A stretch of DNA of 64,000 bases from Candidatus Latescibacterota bacterium (lineage in GTDB: Bacteria > Latescibacterota > UBA2968 > GCA-2709665). Every line of letters begins with the position of its first letter. The first letter of the stretch is position 1. This document shows, piece after piece, positions 19,836 to 29,052 of this stretch. The translations under genes were made by a program, and so were the position numbers. The notes below the pieces were generated by a model. It was given only the letters and a program-made list of their open reading frames with translations. It did not search any database and was not told the DNA's origin. The stretch covers positions 483,767 through 547,766 of the forward strand of contig OZ220733.1 in assembly GCA_965116875.1 (NCBI GenBank). The letters run 5' to 3'.

Positions 19836-20081
19836 ATGGATCGCGAATCAGTCAAGGCAGGCGTATACCAGGTGATTTCGAGGGTTCTTGGAATCGACAC
19901 AGCCGAGGTCGCGGAGGATCAGAGCTTCACGGCGGATCTGGGCGCCGAATCCGTTCAATCCGTAGAACTCATGGCCGGATTCGAAGAGGAATTCGAAATA
20001 GAGATGGACGAAGATGAAGCCCTGGCCGTACAGACCGTGGGTGGCGCCATCGACTTCATCGCACAGTATGTGAACGATTGA
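19836..20081 (+). CDS. Acyl carrier protein-like (phosphopantetheine-binding)
   Basis: 81 aa, acidic. SFTADLGAESVQSVELMAGFEEEFEIEM matches the ACP helix II region with Ser in a DLGAES context. Its stop overlaps the next ORF. Confidence 0.75.
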   Translation: MDRESVKAGVYQVISRVLGIDTAEVAEDQSFTADLGAESVQSVELMAGFEEEFEIEMDEDEALAVQTVGGAIDFIAQYVND

Positions 20082-20122
20082 TTCCGCACCACAGGCCCCC
20101 GATATTCCCAGGAGCGTACCCC

Positions 20123-21514
20123 ATGAAGACAGGAGACCTGATCGAAGTTGACGAGCCGAATCTCCTTGACGAGCAGTTTGACTACAATCTGCCGCCCAGG
20201 ATTCTGTTTGACGGTCCGCTATATGAAGAAATCGGAGACCAACTCGTCAGATTCGACCCCGAAGAAGCCCTCGCCCGTGACCTCGTTATCACCGACACGA
20301 CCTTTCGGGATGGTCAGCAGGCCCGCCCGCCGTACACGGTCGAGCAGCAGGTCAGACTCTACGACATGATGGCCAGGCTCGGCGGACCCAACGGCGTGAT
20401 CCGGCAGACCGAGTTCTTTCTCTACACGAAAAACGACCGGCGCACCCTCGAGGAATGCCGCGCGCTGGGGCACCGTTTTCCGGAAATCACCTCCTGGATC
20501 CGGGCGGACAAGGGCGACTTCCGCCTGGTTAAGGAAGCCGGTGTGCGGGAAACCGGAATGCTCACGCCCAGTTCCGACTACCACATCTTCTACAAACTGA
20601 AGAAAGACCGACGGAAGGCATTCAACGACTACCTGGAGGTTGTGGAAGCCGCCTGGGAGTCCGGCATACGGCCTCGGTGTCACCTCGAAGACGTCACCCG
20701 GGCGGACATCGACGGATACGTCCTGCCATTCGTCCAGGAACTGATGCGCCGTTCCGAGCAGGTTGCTCCCGAACTGCGCGCAAAAATCCGGCTCTGCGAC
20801 ACCATGGGATTCGGGATCAGCTATCCGGGCGCGAGCCTCCCGCGGTCGATTCCCAAGCTCGTCTACCGGATGACCAACGACGGCGGAGTCCCGCACGATT
20901 GCCTGGAATGGCACGGGCACAACGACTTCCACAAGGTTCACGTCAACGGGGCTACCGCATGGCTCTACGGCTGCAATGCGCTCAACACCACGCTGTTCGG
21001 TTTCGGCGAACGCACCGGCAATCCGCCGCTGGAGGGCGCCATCCTCGAATACATCGGCCTTCGCGGGAGCCTTTTCGGCATAGACACCATGATGATCCAG
21101 GAGATGGCCGAGTACATGCGCTCCATCGGCGTGGACATCGCGCCGAACTACCCGTTTGTGGGCAGGGACTTCAACACCACGCGGGCCGGGATCCACGCGG
21201 GCGGGCTGCGTTCCGATGAACGCATCTACAATATTTTCGATACCACCGCACTGTTCGGACGTCCTCCGAGGGTGGCCATAACCGACAAGACCGGTGTCGA
21301 CGGGGTGGCCCTCTGGGTCAATGAGTTCCTGGGTCTCAAGGGCAGCGACCGGCTCAGCAAGATCAAAGTGCACAAGGTCGCCCGCTGGGTGATGGACCAG
21401 TACGAAGTGCATGGACGGATGAGCGCGATTACGGACGAGGAACTGGAAGAACAGGTCAAGATGAACCTCCCGGACCGGTACGCAACCTGTCAGGCCGGCC
21501 GCAAAGCCGGCTGA
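20123..21514 (+). CDS. DRE-TIM metallolyase, homocitrate/2-isopropylmalate/citramalate synthase-like
   Basis: ITDTTFRDGQQA, CDTMG, EWHGHNDFHKVHVNGATAWLYGCNALNTTLFGFGERTGN. Track ORF starts with TTG at 20078. The ATG at 20123 has AGGAG 8 nt upstream. Confidence 0.75.
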   Translation: MKTGDLIEVDEPNLLDEQFDYNLPPRILFDGPLYEEIGDQLVRFDPEEALARDLVITDTTFRDGQQARPPYTVEQQVRLYDMMARLGGPNGVIRQTEFFLYTKNDRRTLEECRALGHRFPEITSWIRADKGDFRLVKEAGVRETGMLTPSSDYHIFYKLKKDRRKAFNDYLEVVEAAWESGIRPRCHLEDVTRADIDGYVLPFVQELMRRSEQVAPELRAKIRLCDTMGFGISYPGASLPRSIPKLVYRMTNDGGVPHDCLEWHGHNDFHKVHVNGATAWLYGCNALNTTLFGFGERTGNPPLEGAILEYIGLRGSLFGIDTMMIQEMAEYMRSIGVDIAPNYPFVGRDFNTTRAGIHAGGLRSDERIYNIFDTTALFGRPPRVAITDKTGVDGVALWVNEFLGLKGSDRLSKIKVHKVARWVMDQYEVHGRMSAITDEELEEQVKMNLPDRYATCQAGRKAG

Positions 21515-21558
21515 TCCGCTCATTTCGCCTTGCAATTCCGAACTCCTGGCGGATACTC

Positions 21559-22578
21559 GTGACGACCCGCACCGTCTCACACACCGCACTCAACGCCTTT
21601 TGCGTTGAGCTCCTCCAGGCGGCGGGTGTGCCTGAAACCGACGCCCGAATCACGGCCCGCATCCAGGTTGAAGCGGATCTCCGCGGCGTGCATTCTCACG
21701 GTGCCCGCGCCATTGCGGGCTATATCCGACAAATCCTGCAAGGCGATATCAACCCCGACGCCCATCCAGGTATCCTGAGCGAGGGGGCCGCGTACGTTCA
21801 CACGGACGCGGATAACGCCCTCGGACAGGTGTCCGCGTACAGGGCGATGCAATGCGCGATCCGGAAAGCCGAGGGATCGGGCATCGGCATGGCCGCAGTG
21901 CGGAATACCAATCATTACGGCGCCGCGGCCTACTACGCCAACATGGCGGCCGAGGCCGGTATGGTGGGATTCAACACCACCGGTGGACGCCAGAACCGGG
22001 GCAACATGGCGCCGTACGGCAGCATCGAACCCGCAATCGGGAACGCGCCATTCGCCTACGGGATCCCCGCCGGGCGGGAACGCCCCATCATCCTGGATAT
22101 GGCCACGGGTGTGGTTGCCGCCGGCAAAATCGGAATTGCCCGGGACCGCGGACAGAAGATCCCCCTGGGGTGGGCGCTGGACGCGGCGGGAAATCCCACG
22201 GACGACCCGGCTGAAGCACGGATCGTCGTACCTCTCGGCCCCAAGGGATCGGGACTCGCCATTGTAATGCATTGTATCGGGGGCATCCTGGCGGGCGCTG
22301 CGTTTCCGGACGTGGAGAAGTTCGGCTATCTGTTCATCGCGATCGACGTCTCGACATTTGCCGATCCCAAACCCTTTGCGGCAGAAGTCGACGCCCGTAT
22401 TCAGACCATCCGCGAGGCCACGCCGGCGCCCGGTGTCGACCGCGTTTACTACCCCGGTGAGCCCGAGTGGATCACCCGCGAACACCATCTCGAAAATGGT
22501 ATCCCCATGCTTCTTCCGCATGTGACCGATCTCGAGTCCGTCGCCCGCCAACTCGGCGTATCGACGCGCCTGGGATGA
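21559..22578 (+). CDS. Ldh2-family malate/L-lactate/sulfolactate dehydrogenase-like oxidoreductase
   Basis: ADLRGVHSHGARAIAGYIRQI...DADNALGQV...MAAVRNTNHYGAAAYYANMAAEAGMVGFNTT, typical of the Ldh_2 family. Confidence 0.85.
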   Translation: MTTRTVSHTALNAFCVELLQAAGVPETDARITARIQVEADLRGVHSHGARAIAGYIRQILQGDINPDAHPGILSEGAAYVHTDADNALGQVSAYRAMQCAIRKAEGSGIGMAAVRNTNHYGAAAYYANMAAEAGMVGFNTTGGRQNRGNMAPYGSIEPAIGNAPFAYGIPAGRERPIILDMATGVVAAGKIGIARDRGQKIPLGWALDAAGNPTDDPAEARIVVPLGPKGSGLAIVMHCIGGILAGAAFPDVEKFGYLFIAIDVSTFADPKPFAAEVDARIQTIREATPAPGVDRVYYPGEPEWITREHHLENGIPMLLPHVTDLESVARQLGVSTRLG

Positions 22579-22678
22579 CGCTCGCATCCGGAACCTGCCG
22601 CTGAAAATGGGTTCGGGTTGATCGCTGATTCCGTCCGGCTGCACCGCACAAAATGCCTGCCCGATCTGCAAACAACCG

Positions 22679-23410
22679 ATGGACATCCTTGCAATCACAG
22701 CCACCGCATTCGAGCAGGAGACGCTCAGAAGCAGTATTTCGCACTCCACCACGCGCACCTTCGCTCACAGGGTGCGCACCGAGGGCAAACTGGGGTCGCG
22801 TCGCGTCACCCTGATCGAGACGGGTATCGGCGCCGTCAATACCGCGCAGGCGCTCACCGCGGCTCTGGAGTCCTGCCGGCCGGATTTCGTACTGCAGGTC
22901 GGCGTCGGCGGCGCTTACGCCGGTTCTCAACTCAACGTGGGTGACCTCGCCGTGGCCACCGAGGAAAACGACGGGGAACTGGGGATCCTTGCGCCCGGCG
23001 GCTGGCTTTCGGCCGACTGCATCGGCATTCCCGTTCCGAGCGGGAACCGGAACCACTACAATACCTTTCCACTCGACGCGGTCCTGGCCCGGCGCGCGGA
23101 AATGCTGATCCGCAACGTACGTCCGGAGGCGGTTCCGGCCGTGCGCTCCGGTCCTTTCGTTACTGTACAGCAATGCAGCGGCCTCGCTGCCAGAGGCAAC
23201 GAACTCGCAGCGCGGTTCCAGGCGATCTGCGAGAATATGGAGGGCGCGGCCGCCGCGCGCGTCTGCGCGCTGTACGACGTTCCTTTCATCGAACTGCGAA
23301 GCATCAGCAACCTCGTGGAAGACCGGAACACGGACGCCTGGAAGCTCCCACTGGCCTCAGAGAATGCGCAAAGGGCCGCGCGTGTCCTGATGGAAAACCT
23401 GACGCCCTGA
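22679..23410 (+). CDS. mqnB: Futalosine hydrolase (menaquinone biosynthesis via futalosine)
   Basis: PNP/UDP-phosphorylase fold with MqnB-like TLIETGIGAVNTAQAL...VGVGGAY...FVTVQQCSG...ENMEGAAAARVCALYDVPFIELRSISN. Lies directly upstream of mqnD. Confidence 0.8.
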   Translation: MDILAITATAFEQETLRSSISHSTTRTFAHRVRTEGKLGSRRVTLIETGIGAVNTAQALTAALESCRPDFVLQVGVGGAYAGSQLNVGDLAVATEENDGELGILAPGGWLSADCIGIPVPSGNRNHYNTFPLDAVLARRAEMLIRNVRPEAVPAVRSGPFVTVQQCSGLAARGNELAARFQAICENMEGAAAARVCALYDVPFIELRSISNLVEDRNTDAWKLPLASENAQRAARVLMENLTP

Positions 23411-23455
23411 GAAGCTGTCTCGAAATCTCCAGCGGTCTTCGCGTATCTCGAGGCT
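23411..23455 (+). repeat. Family-B element, truncated 5'-arm copy
   Basis: GAAGCTGTCTCGAAATCTCCAGCGGTCTTCGCG matches the first ~33 nt of the B element with a few mismatches. It fills the mqnB-mqnD spacer exactly. Confidence 0.6.
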
Positions 23456-23458
23456 CCG

Positions 23459-24292
23459 ATGGCCATCGTTTCGCTCGGCTATTCTCCCAGCCCGAACGAC
23501 AATTACATTTTCTACGGACTCGCCCATGGCAAGATCTCCGGCGCACCCGTGTTTGAGACGATCCTCGATGACATAGAAGCGCTCAACCGTCTGGCCATCG
23601 ACGGCCGATTGGACGTCACCAAAGTTTCCTTTCACGCACTGGGCCACCTTCGGGACCGGTACTGCCTCCTCCATTCGGGCGGCGCCCTGGGCCGCGGCTG
23701 CGGTCCTCTCGTTGTGGCCGTGAGACCCATGAAGCCGTCGGAACTGACCTGTGAAAAAATCGCGATTCCCGGAAGGCTCACTACCGCCACCCTGCTTCTG
23801 CGGCTGTTCCAGCCCTCCCTCGACAATCTCGTCGTTCTGCCTTACCACCGCATTATGGATGCCGTACGGACGGGCGAAGTCGGCGCCGGGCTGATCATTC
23901 ACGAAAGCCGTTTCACCTATCCCGATTTCGGGCTGCACGAAGTCATCGACCTGGGCGATTGGTGGGAACGCAGCACCGGCCACCCCATTCCGCTTGGAGG
24001 CATCCTTGCCCGCCGCAACCTGGGCGCCGACCGGATCCGCGCCATCGATAAAGCTGTGCGGGAAAGCGTGGAATATGCCCACGCACACGCGGGACGGGTC
24101 CGGGAGGACATCCTCCGGAATGCACCGGAAATGGATGCGTCGGTCGTGCAACGGTTCATCGACCTGTACGTCAACACCTATACTCTGGACTACGGTCCGG
24201 ACGGGGAGGCCGCAATTGCCGATATCGTCACGCGGGCCGAAACGGCTCGCATCATTCCGACATCCGAAAAGTCTCTCTTTGTCGACGGGTAA
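23459..24292 (+). CDS. mqnD: 1,4-dihydroxy-6-naphthoate synthase
   Basis: LGYSPSPNDNYIFYGLAHG...DVTKVSFHA...GGALGRGCGPLVV...IAIPGRLTTATLLLRL...GLIIHESRFTY, matching MqnD (VitK2_biosynth) family motifs. Confidence 0.85.
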   Translation: MAIVSLGYSPSPNDNYIFYGLAHGKISGAPVFETILDDIEALNRLAIDGRLDVTKVSFHALGHLRDRYCLLHSGGALGRGCGPLVVAVRPMKPSELTCEKIAIPGRLTTATLLLRLFQPSLDNLVVLPYHRIMDAVRTGEVGAGLIIHESRFTYPDFGLHEVIDLGDWWERSTGHPIPLGGILARRNLGADRIRAIDKAVRESVEYAHAHAGRVREDILRNAPEMDASVVQRFIDLYVNTYTLDYGPDGEAAIADIVTRAETARIIPTSEKSLFVDG

Positions 24293-24310
24293 GTGAAAGG
24301 AGTCGCTTCA

Positions 24311-25216
24311 ATGTCCAGACCCAGGATCGGATTCATCGGACTCGGGATTATGGGAAAACCGATGTCCAAACACCTGCTCGCAGCCGGTTACGACGTTGTT
24401 GTACACAATCGAAGCCGGGAACCCGTGGCCGAACTGGTTGACGCCGGAGCCAGCGAAGCCCACTCCCCCAGGGAGGTAGCCGAACATAGTTCGGTCATCA
24501 TCACGATGTTGCCCGACTCTCCGGACGTGGAGGCGGTCGCTCTCGGACCCGGCGGCCTCATTGAAGGCGTGAGCCGGGGCGACGTCTACATCGACATGAG
24601 TACGATCGCACCCACAGTCTCCCAGGACGTGGGCCGGGCGATGGCCGAAAAAGGCGCTCGCTGCCTGGATGCGCCGGTGAGCGGAGGCGACGTCGGCGCG
24701 CAGAATGCCACCCTTTCCATCATGGTGGGCGGCGACGAGGAGGCGTTCAACTCAGTCAAGCCCATTTTTGCGGCGATGGGTCAGAATATCGTACTGTGCG
24801 GGCCGCTCGGCGCCGGTCAGACCGTGAAGGCCTGCAACCAGGTCCTGGTTGCCGTCACCATTGCCGGGGTGTCCGAAGCATTGACCCTCGGCGCCAGGGC
24901 GGGCGTAGACCCGGCCAACATCGTGCGGGTCCTGAGCGGGGGTCTTGCGCGGTGCGGAGTACTTGAAAACCGGGGAGAGCGTATGGTCAACGGCGACTTC
25001 GACCCCGGCTTCCGCATCCGGCTTCACTACAAAGACCTCAATATCATCATGAAAACCGGCAGCGACTTCAATGTGCCGCTGCCGGTTACGAGCATTGTAC
25101 ACGAACTGTTCAACCTGGCGATGGCCAGGGACCGGGGCGAACTGGATCACTCCGGTCTGTTGACCGTCGTCGAAGACCTGGCCGGCGTACAGGCGCGTAC
25201 GGCCGACGCGGGCTGA
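24311..25216 (+). CDS. NAD(P)-dependent 3-hydroxyisobutyrate / 2-hydroxy-3-oxopropionate reductase family
   Basis: RIGFIGLGIMGKPMSKHLLAAGYDVVVHNRS, DAPVSGG, GAGQTVKACNQ. The ATG at 24311 has AAAGGAG 8 nt upstream. Confidence 0.88.
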   Translation: MSRPRIGFIGLGIMGKPMSKHLLAAGYDVVVHNRSREPVAELVDAGASEAHSPREVAEHSSVIITMLPDSPDVEAVALGPGGLIEGVSRGDVYIDMSTIAPTVSQDVGRAMAEKGARCLDAPVSGGDVGAQNATLSIMVGGDEEAFNSVKPIFAAMGQNIVLCGPLGAGQTVKACNQVLVAVTIAGVSEALTLGARAGVDPANIVRVLSGGLARCGVLENRGERMVNGDFDPGFRIRLHYKDLNIIMKTGSDFNVPLPVTSIVHELFNLAMARDRGELDHSGLLTVVEDLAGVQARTADAG

Positions 25217-25223
25217 CGCGCCC

Positions 25224-25793
25224 TCACGCCGTCCAGCGCATCACGTCCTCCAGCGGCTTTCGCCTGGGCTTCGGGATCTCGCGCGGATACCCCGTGTAGA
25301 AGAAACCGATGATATATTCACGGTCCCGATCCATGCCGAGCAACTCGTAGGTTTCCTTCCGCATGGTAATGGGACCGGTGCTCCACTGCATTCCCACGCC
25401 CAACTCCCATGCCGCGAGCTGCACGTTCTGCATCGCGCAGCAGACCGCCGCATAGTCCTCCCGCCGCTGCTGTTCGTCTCCTTCCTGGACGCAGGATACG
25501 GCGACGATTGAGGGTTTGGACATAAACTTGTCGTAACCCGCCTGCCACAGCTTCCTGCGGCTCTCACTATCTGCATGTTCCGGCGCCTTGCCTTCCTGGA
25601 TGTCCGCGTATCGCCGCCCAAGCGCTTCTTTCGTGCGCTCCCCCAGAACGACAAAACGCCACGGCTCCGTGACATGGTGATTCGGCGCCCACAGGCCGAA
25701 CTCGAAAATGCGTTTCAGCATTTCGCCGGAGACGGGCCTCGAATTGAATTTAAAGATCGTGCGCCGCGCCTTCAACACATCCAGTACATCCAT
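25224..25793 (-). CDS. Nitroreductase family protein
   Basis: LDVLKARRTIFKFNSRPVSGEMLKRIFEFGLWAPNHHVTEPWRFVVL. 189 aa. Confidence 0.85.
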   Translation of the reverse strand: MDVLDVLKARRTIFKFNSRPVSGEMLKRIFEFGLWAPNHHVTEPWRFVVLGERTKEALGRRYADIQEGKAPEHADSESRRKLWQAGYDKFMSKPSIVAVSCVQEGDEQQRREDYAAVCCAMQNVQLAAWELGVGMQWSTGPITMRKETYELLGMDRDREYIIGFFYTGYPREIPKPRRKPLEDVMRWTA

Positions 25794-25873
25794 CCATCCG
25801 ACCCTCCAGAAAATGGCAGAACACGCCGGCGCCGCGGTTGGCGTTCATCCGGGAACCGCCGGCGGACGCACAG

Positions 25874-27127
25874 TCAGACACGTTGCCCCAACAACGCCTC
25901 CGTGACCTTTCGCACCGCCCGAACGGCGGCGTTCGCCTCGCCCTCCGTATTGTGCTGGGTCAACCGGACCGCTCCCACGCGTTCTCCGCAGGTCCTGGCG
26001 TTGGGGCACCCATCGAGCGGATACGCATTTTTTTCGAGCCGGCCGGGCCTGTAGCTGTTGAACGCCGCGGGGTCCCTGTGCAACCTCCGGAAGACCTTCC
26101 ATTCGATGACGTACTGCTGAGGTTTGGCGAACGCCGGAATGCCCTCCGCCGCGACCATCCGGCAGAACTCCGCCGCATTCACCCCGAGTACCTCCGGATC
26201 TACCGAAAACAGGGCCCACCAGTAACTGGGTTTCGCACCCTGCGGCTGTGGATGCGGCTTGACGCCCGGCAACCCCGCAATCCCCCGATCGAACGTATCG
26301 CCGAACGCCTGGCGACTGGCGATCCACCCCGGTACCCGTTTGAGTTGCACGGACGCCAATGCGGCGTTGACGTCGCTCAACCGCACGTTCAACGCCGGGA
26401 ATGCGGGCGTTGCCGGCGCGCCGGGGAACCTCGGATAGCATTTGTCGGAAAACAAATCCGCTGTTTCCGCCAATTTGCGGCTTCGGGTCAAAGCAAACCC
26501 TCCTTCGCCTGACTTCATGTGCTTGCTTTCGTTTGTACTCCATGCGCCGAGTTGTCCGAACGTGCCGAGATATCTGCCCTTGATGGACGCGAGATGCGCC
26601 TGCGCGCAATCTTCGACGACCATCAGTCGATGTCTGCGGGCCACCCTCATGACCGCGGGCATATCCACCGCGTACCCACCGTTATGAATTGGCATAATCG
26701 CCCGGGTGAACGGTGTGATTGCTGATTCCATCGCGGCCACGTCCATCAAAAGACCGTCCCGTTGCACGTCCGCAAAAACGGGTATCGCGTTCAGCTGAAA
26801 AATTCCCATAATGCTGCCATAGTCGGTCAGGGGGCTCAATATGACCTCGTCTCCAGCGCCGATACCGGCAGCAGCCAGCGCTACGTGAATGGCCGCGCTC
26901 CCTGAACTCGTCGGCACGGCATACGGCAACCCGTACAGCTTCTGCAACCCCTCGCGATAGGCCATGACGGCCTTACCGCGCGCCAGGGGCAGCGCCGGGC
27001 CGGAAAGCAACTTCTCCAACGCAGCCAGTTCCTCCCTGAAGTGGAACGCTCCCGAACGCCACGGCTTGCGATGTACCGGCCGGCCGCCGTGAATCGCCAG
27101 ATCGGACTTTCTCGTGCCTGTTGCCAA
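25874..27127 (-). CDS. DegT/DnrJ/EryC1/StrS family PLP-dependent aminotransferase
   Basis: AVPTSSGSAAIHVALAAAGIGAGDEVILSP...MPIHNGGYAVDM...VEDCAQAH...NESKHMKSGEGG (PLP Lys). Track ORF runs to 27232, which is inside the IS end. I prefer TTG at 27127, directly preceded by AAGGAGG. Confidence 0.85.
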   Translation of the reverse strand: MATGTRKSDLAIHGGRPVHRKPWRSGAFHFREELAALEKLLSGPALPLARGKAVMAYREGLQKLYGLPYAVPTSSGSAAIHVALAAAGIGAGDEVILSPLTDYGSIMGIFQLNAIPVFADVQRDGLLMDVAAMESAITPFTRAIMPIHNGGYAVDMPAVMRVARRHRLMVVEDCAQAHLASIKGRYLGTFGQLGAWSTNESKHMKSGEGGFALTRSRKLAETADLFSDKCYPRFPGAPATPAFPALNVRLSDVNAALASVQLKRVPGWIASRQAFGDTFDRGIAGLPGVKPHPQPQGAKPSYWWALFSVDPEVLGVNAAEFCRMVAAEGIPAFAKPQQYVIEWKVFRRLHRDPAAFNSYRPGRLEKNAYPLDGCPNARTCGERVGAVRLTQHNTEGEANAAVRAVRKVTEALLGQRV

Positions 27128-27187
27128 ACCACCCTCCTTGCATATTGAACCGGCAAACCTGCAGAGCCTTACGCTCCGTCGTCTAAA

Positions 27188-29051
27188 CCTTAAATAAGCG
27201 AGTATTGTTGTTTGTTGAGCCGAAGGGCGCATTTTGGTGCGTTTGGGTTGATGAGAGCAATGGTGCCTGGCAAATGGTGATGGCGTGAGGTCGTACAGAG
27301 GTCTGTCGAGGTGAGTTTGCTGTGTAAAGCGACCGGTTGTGTGTGATTTGGGCGTAAGGGTCCGTTGCGTGATGATGGACGCGAACGCTGTGGTGATCTG
27401 CGGTCATCCTTCGAGTTGGTGTCAGGTGAAGCCGGTGCGTTCGATGGTGGCCCAGGCGCTTAGGAGTCTGCTCAGGGACGGCTGATAGCCGATGATGCGC
27501 ACGGTGGTGCTTCGCGCGTTTCTCACCACACGACAGGGAAACAGGATGATGTGGTTGAGGAAGGTGCGAAAGTCCATCCGGATATAGTGCCGGCGGTGTT
27601 TGATGCGATGCATCATCATGGCAAACCACGACTTGATGTTCCAGGCCAGTGCGGCGATGACCATGTAAGCCCAGTTACTGATCAGGTCATACATGGGCAC
27701 GCGCAGGGCGTTGACACCGTTTTTGAGTTGTTCGATGACGTTTTCCTGGTCGCAACGTTTGTTGGCCGCAAAGACGACTTCGGCAGGTGTGAGGTCGTGG
27801 CGCGTGGTGATGTAGAAGAAATACCGGATATTGTCGAAGAGGGTCTGCTCGCCTTTCGTCTTGGAGATGTTTTTTCTCACGGCCACGACGCGGTAGGTCC
27901 GTTCGCACTTGCCGGGCTGATAGTCAAACTGTGCCACGTCTTCGAACTTGAGCGCCAGGGTGAGGTAGCCCCGCGCCTTGACGATGCGCTGCTTCTCATT
28001 GTCCCGTCGGTGCCTTTTCTGTGGCGCGACAGGCCGGTGCAGGCGATGCCAGGCCGCTTCGTCAAGCGCCTCGGCCCGTGTTCGCAAGGCCTCGTTGGCG
28101 TCCATGCCGAAGATGAAATCGACGTTTTTGGCCCAGCGATCGAAGTGACCGGTGAGCGAAAAATCCGTGTCGCCGCGCAGGCATACGCGCCCTGCGTGGG
28201 GCTTCACCAAGGAGATGGCCGCATCGATCCAGGATGCGGCGCCCTGGTGAGAAGACGCGTTGCCCGGACGGTTGACCACATACAGCACCTCTTTGGTATT
28301 GGCCAACGACACGATCAAAGGCGCATATCCCCACACGCCCTTGTAGGAAATGTCCATACCGGCTTTCTTCTGCCCATACGTTGGCGCACTGGTGCCATCC
28401 ACGTCGATGTATGCCACCCCTGCCAGGTCTCGGGTAGCGCGTGTGCGCCACAACTTGGCGCGTACCGCGTTAATGCAATCCATCAGCTCGATCACGTCGG
28501 CCTCGGTGAAGCGACGTGTGAAGTCACCCGTGGTCGTCGGATCCGGGATCAGATCCGCGTTCAAGGCATTCATGTAGGCCACGTCATGTCGCAAACGCTC
28601 GATATCTTCCAGACGCGTGCCGCCGCACATGATGTTGTAGGAAAGGTTCAACACATGATCCGACTCGTGATACGGCAGATGCACCTTCAACAACTGCAAC
28701 CTCGCGTCGATTTCCTTGACCAAGCCCAACTTCGTCACCAGGCGATGCACCGCCGTGATGCCACCGTAGCTCATCGCGTGCCCATCTGCGCTGACCTCGT
28801 AATGTACACGCGTGCTGCCAAACATCGGCTTGCCTTGCGCACAAAAGCGACTCGCGCGCTTCTGCCGTACATGTACCTTGCGCCCACATTTTGTACTGTT
28901 CCTGCGGCTTTCTCTTACCGATATTCTTTTCACCGGAAAGGCCCCCTTCGTTGGAGTAGCAATTTCCCGTCCGAGACTGCTAACTTCAACAAAGATAAGT
29001 CTTTCCGGTACTTTTATACATTTAAATCTGAAATAACTCGCTTAATTAGAG
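27188..29051 (-). mobile_element. IS1380-family insertion sequence, apparently intact (~1.86 kb)
   Basis: Imperfect terminal inverted repeats CCTTAAATAAGCGAGT (27188-) and the reverse complement of ...ACTCGCTTAATTAGAG (to 29051). Flanked by the direct repeat (G)TCTAAA at 27181/2-27187 and 29051/2-29057. One full-length transposase ORF and locally lower GC. Confidence 0.8.
27422..28933 (-). CDS. IS1380-family DDE transposase
   Basis: Blocks parallel to my memory of ISEcp1 TnpA: AYIDVDGTSAPTYGQKK, VVNRPGNASSHQGAASWI, CLRGDTDF, YFFYITTRHDLTPAEVVFAANKRCDQENVIEQLKNG, ISNWAYMVIAALAWNI. Confidence 0.8.
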   Translation of the reverse strand: MKRISVRESRRNSTKCGRKVHVRQKRASRFCAQGKPMFGSTRVHYEVSADGHAMSYGGITAVHRLVTKLGLVKEIDARLQLLKVHLPYHESDHVLNLSYNIMCGGTRLEDIERLRHDVAYMNALNADLIPDPTTTGDFTRRFTEADVIELMDCINAVRAKLWRTRATRDLAGVAYIDVDGTSAPTYGQKKAGMDISYKGVWGYAPLIVSLANTKEVLYVVNRPGNASSHQGAASWIDAAISLVKPHAGRVCLRGDTDFSLTGHFDRWAKNVDFIFGMDANEALRTRAEALDEAAWHRLHRPVAPQKRHRRDNEKQRIVKARGYLTLALKFEDVAQFDYQPGKCERTYRVVAVRKNISKTKGEQTLFDNIRYFFYITTRHDLTPAEVVFAANKRCDQENVIEQLKNGVNALRVPMYDLISNWAYMVIAALAWNIKSWFAMMMHRIKHRRHYIRMDFRTFLNHIILFPCRVVRNARSTTVRIIGYQPSLSRLLSAWATIERTGFT

Positions 29052-29052
29052 T

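Noticed and set aside
20219-22758. 456-aa and 393-aa minus-strand ORFs (20219-21589 and 21577-22758)
   Set aside because: They mirror the DRE-TIM synthase and the Ldh2 dehydrogenase, both of which have diagnostic motifs on the plus strand.
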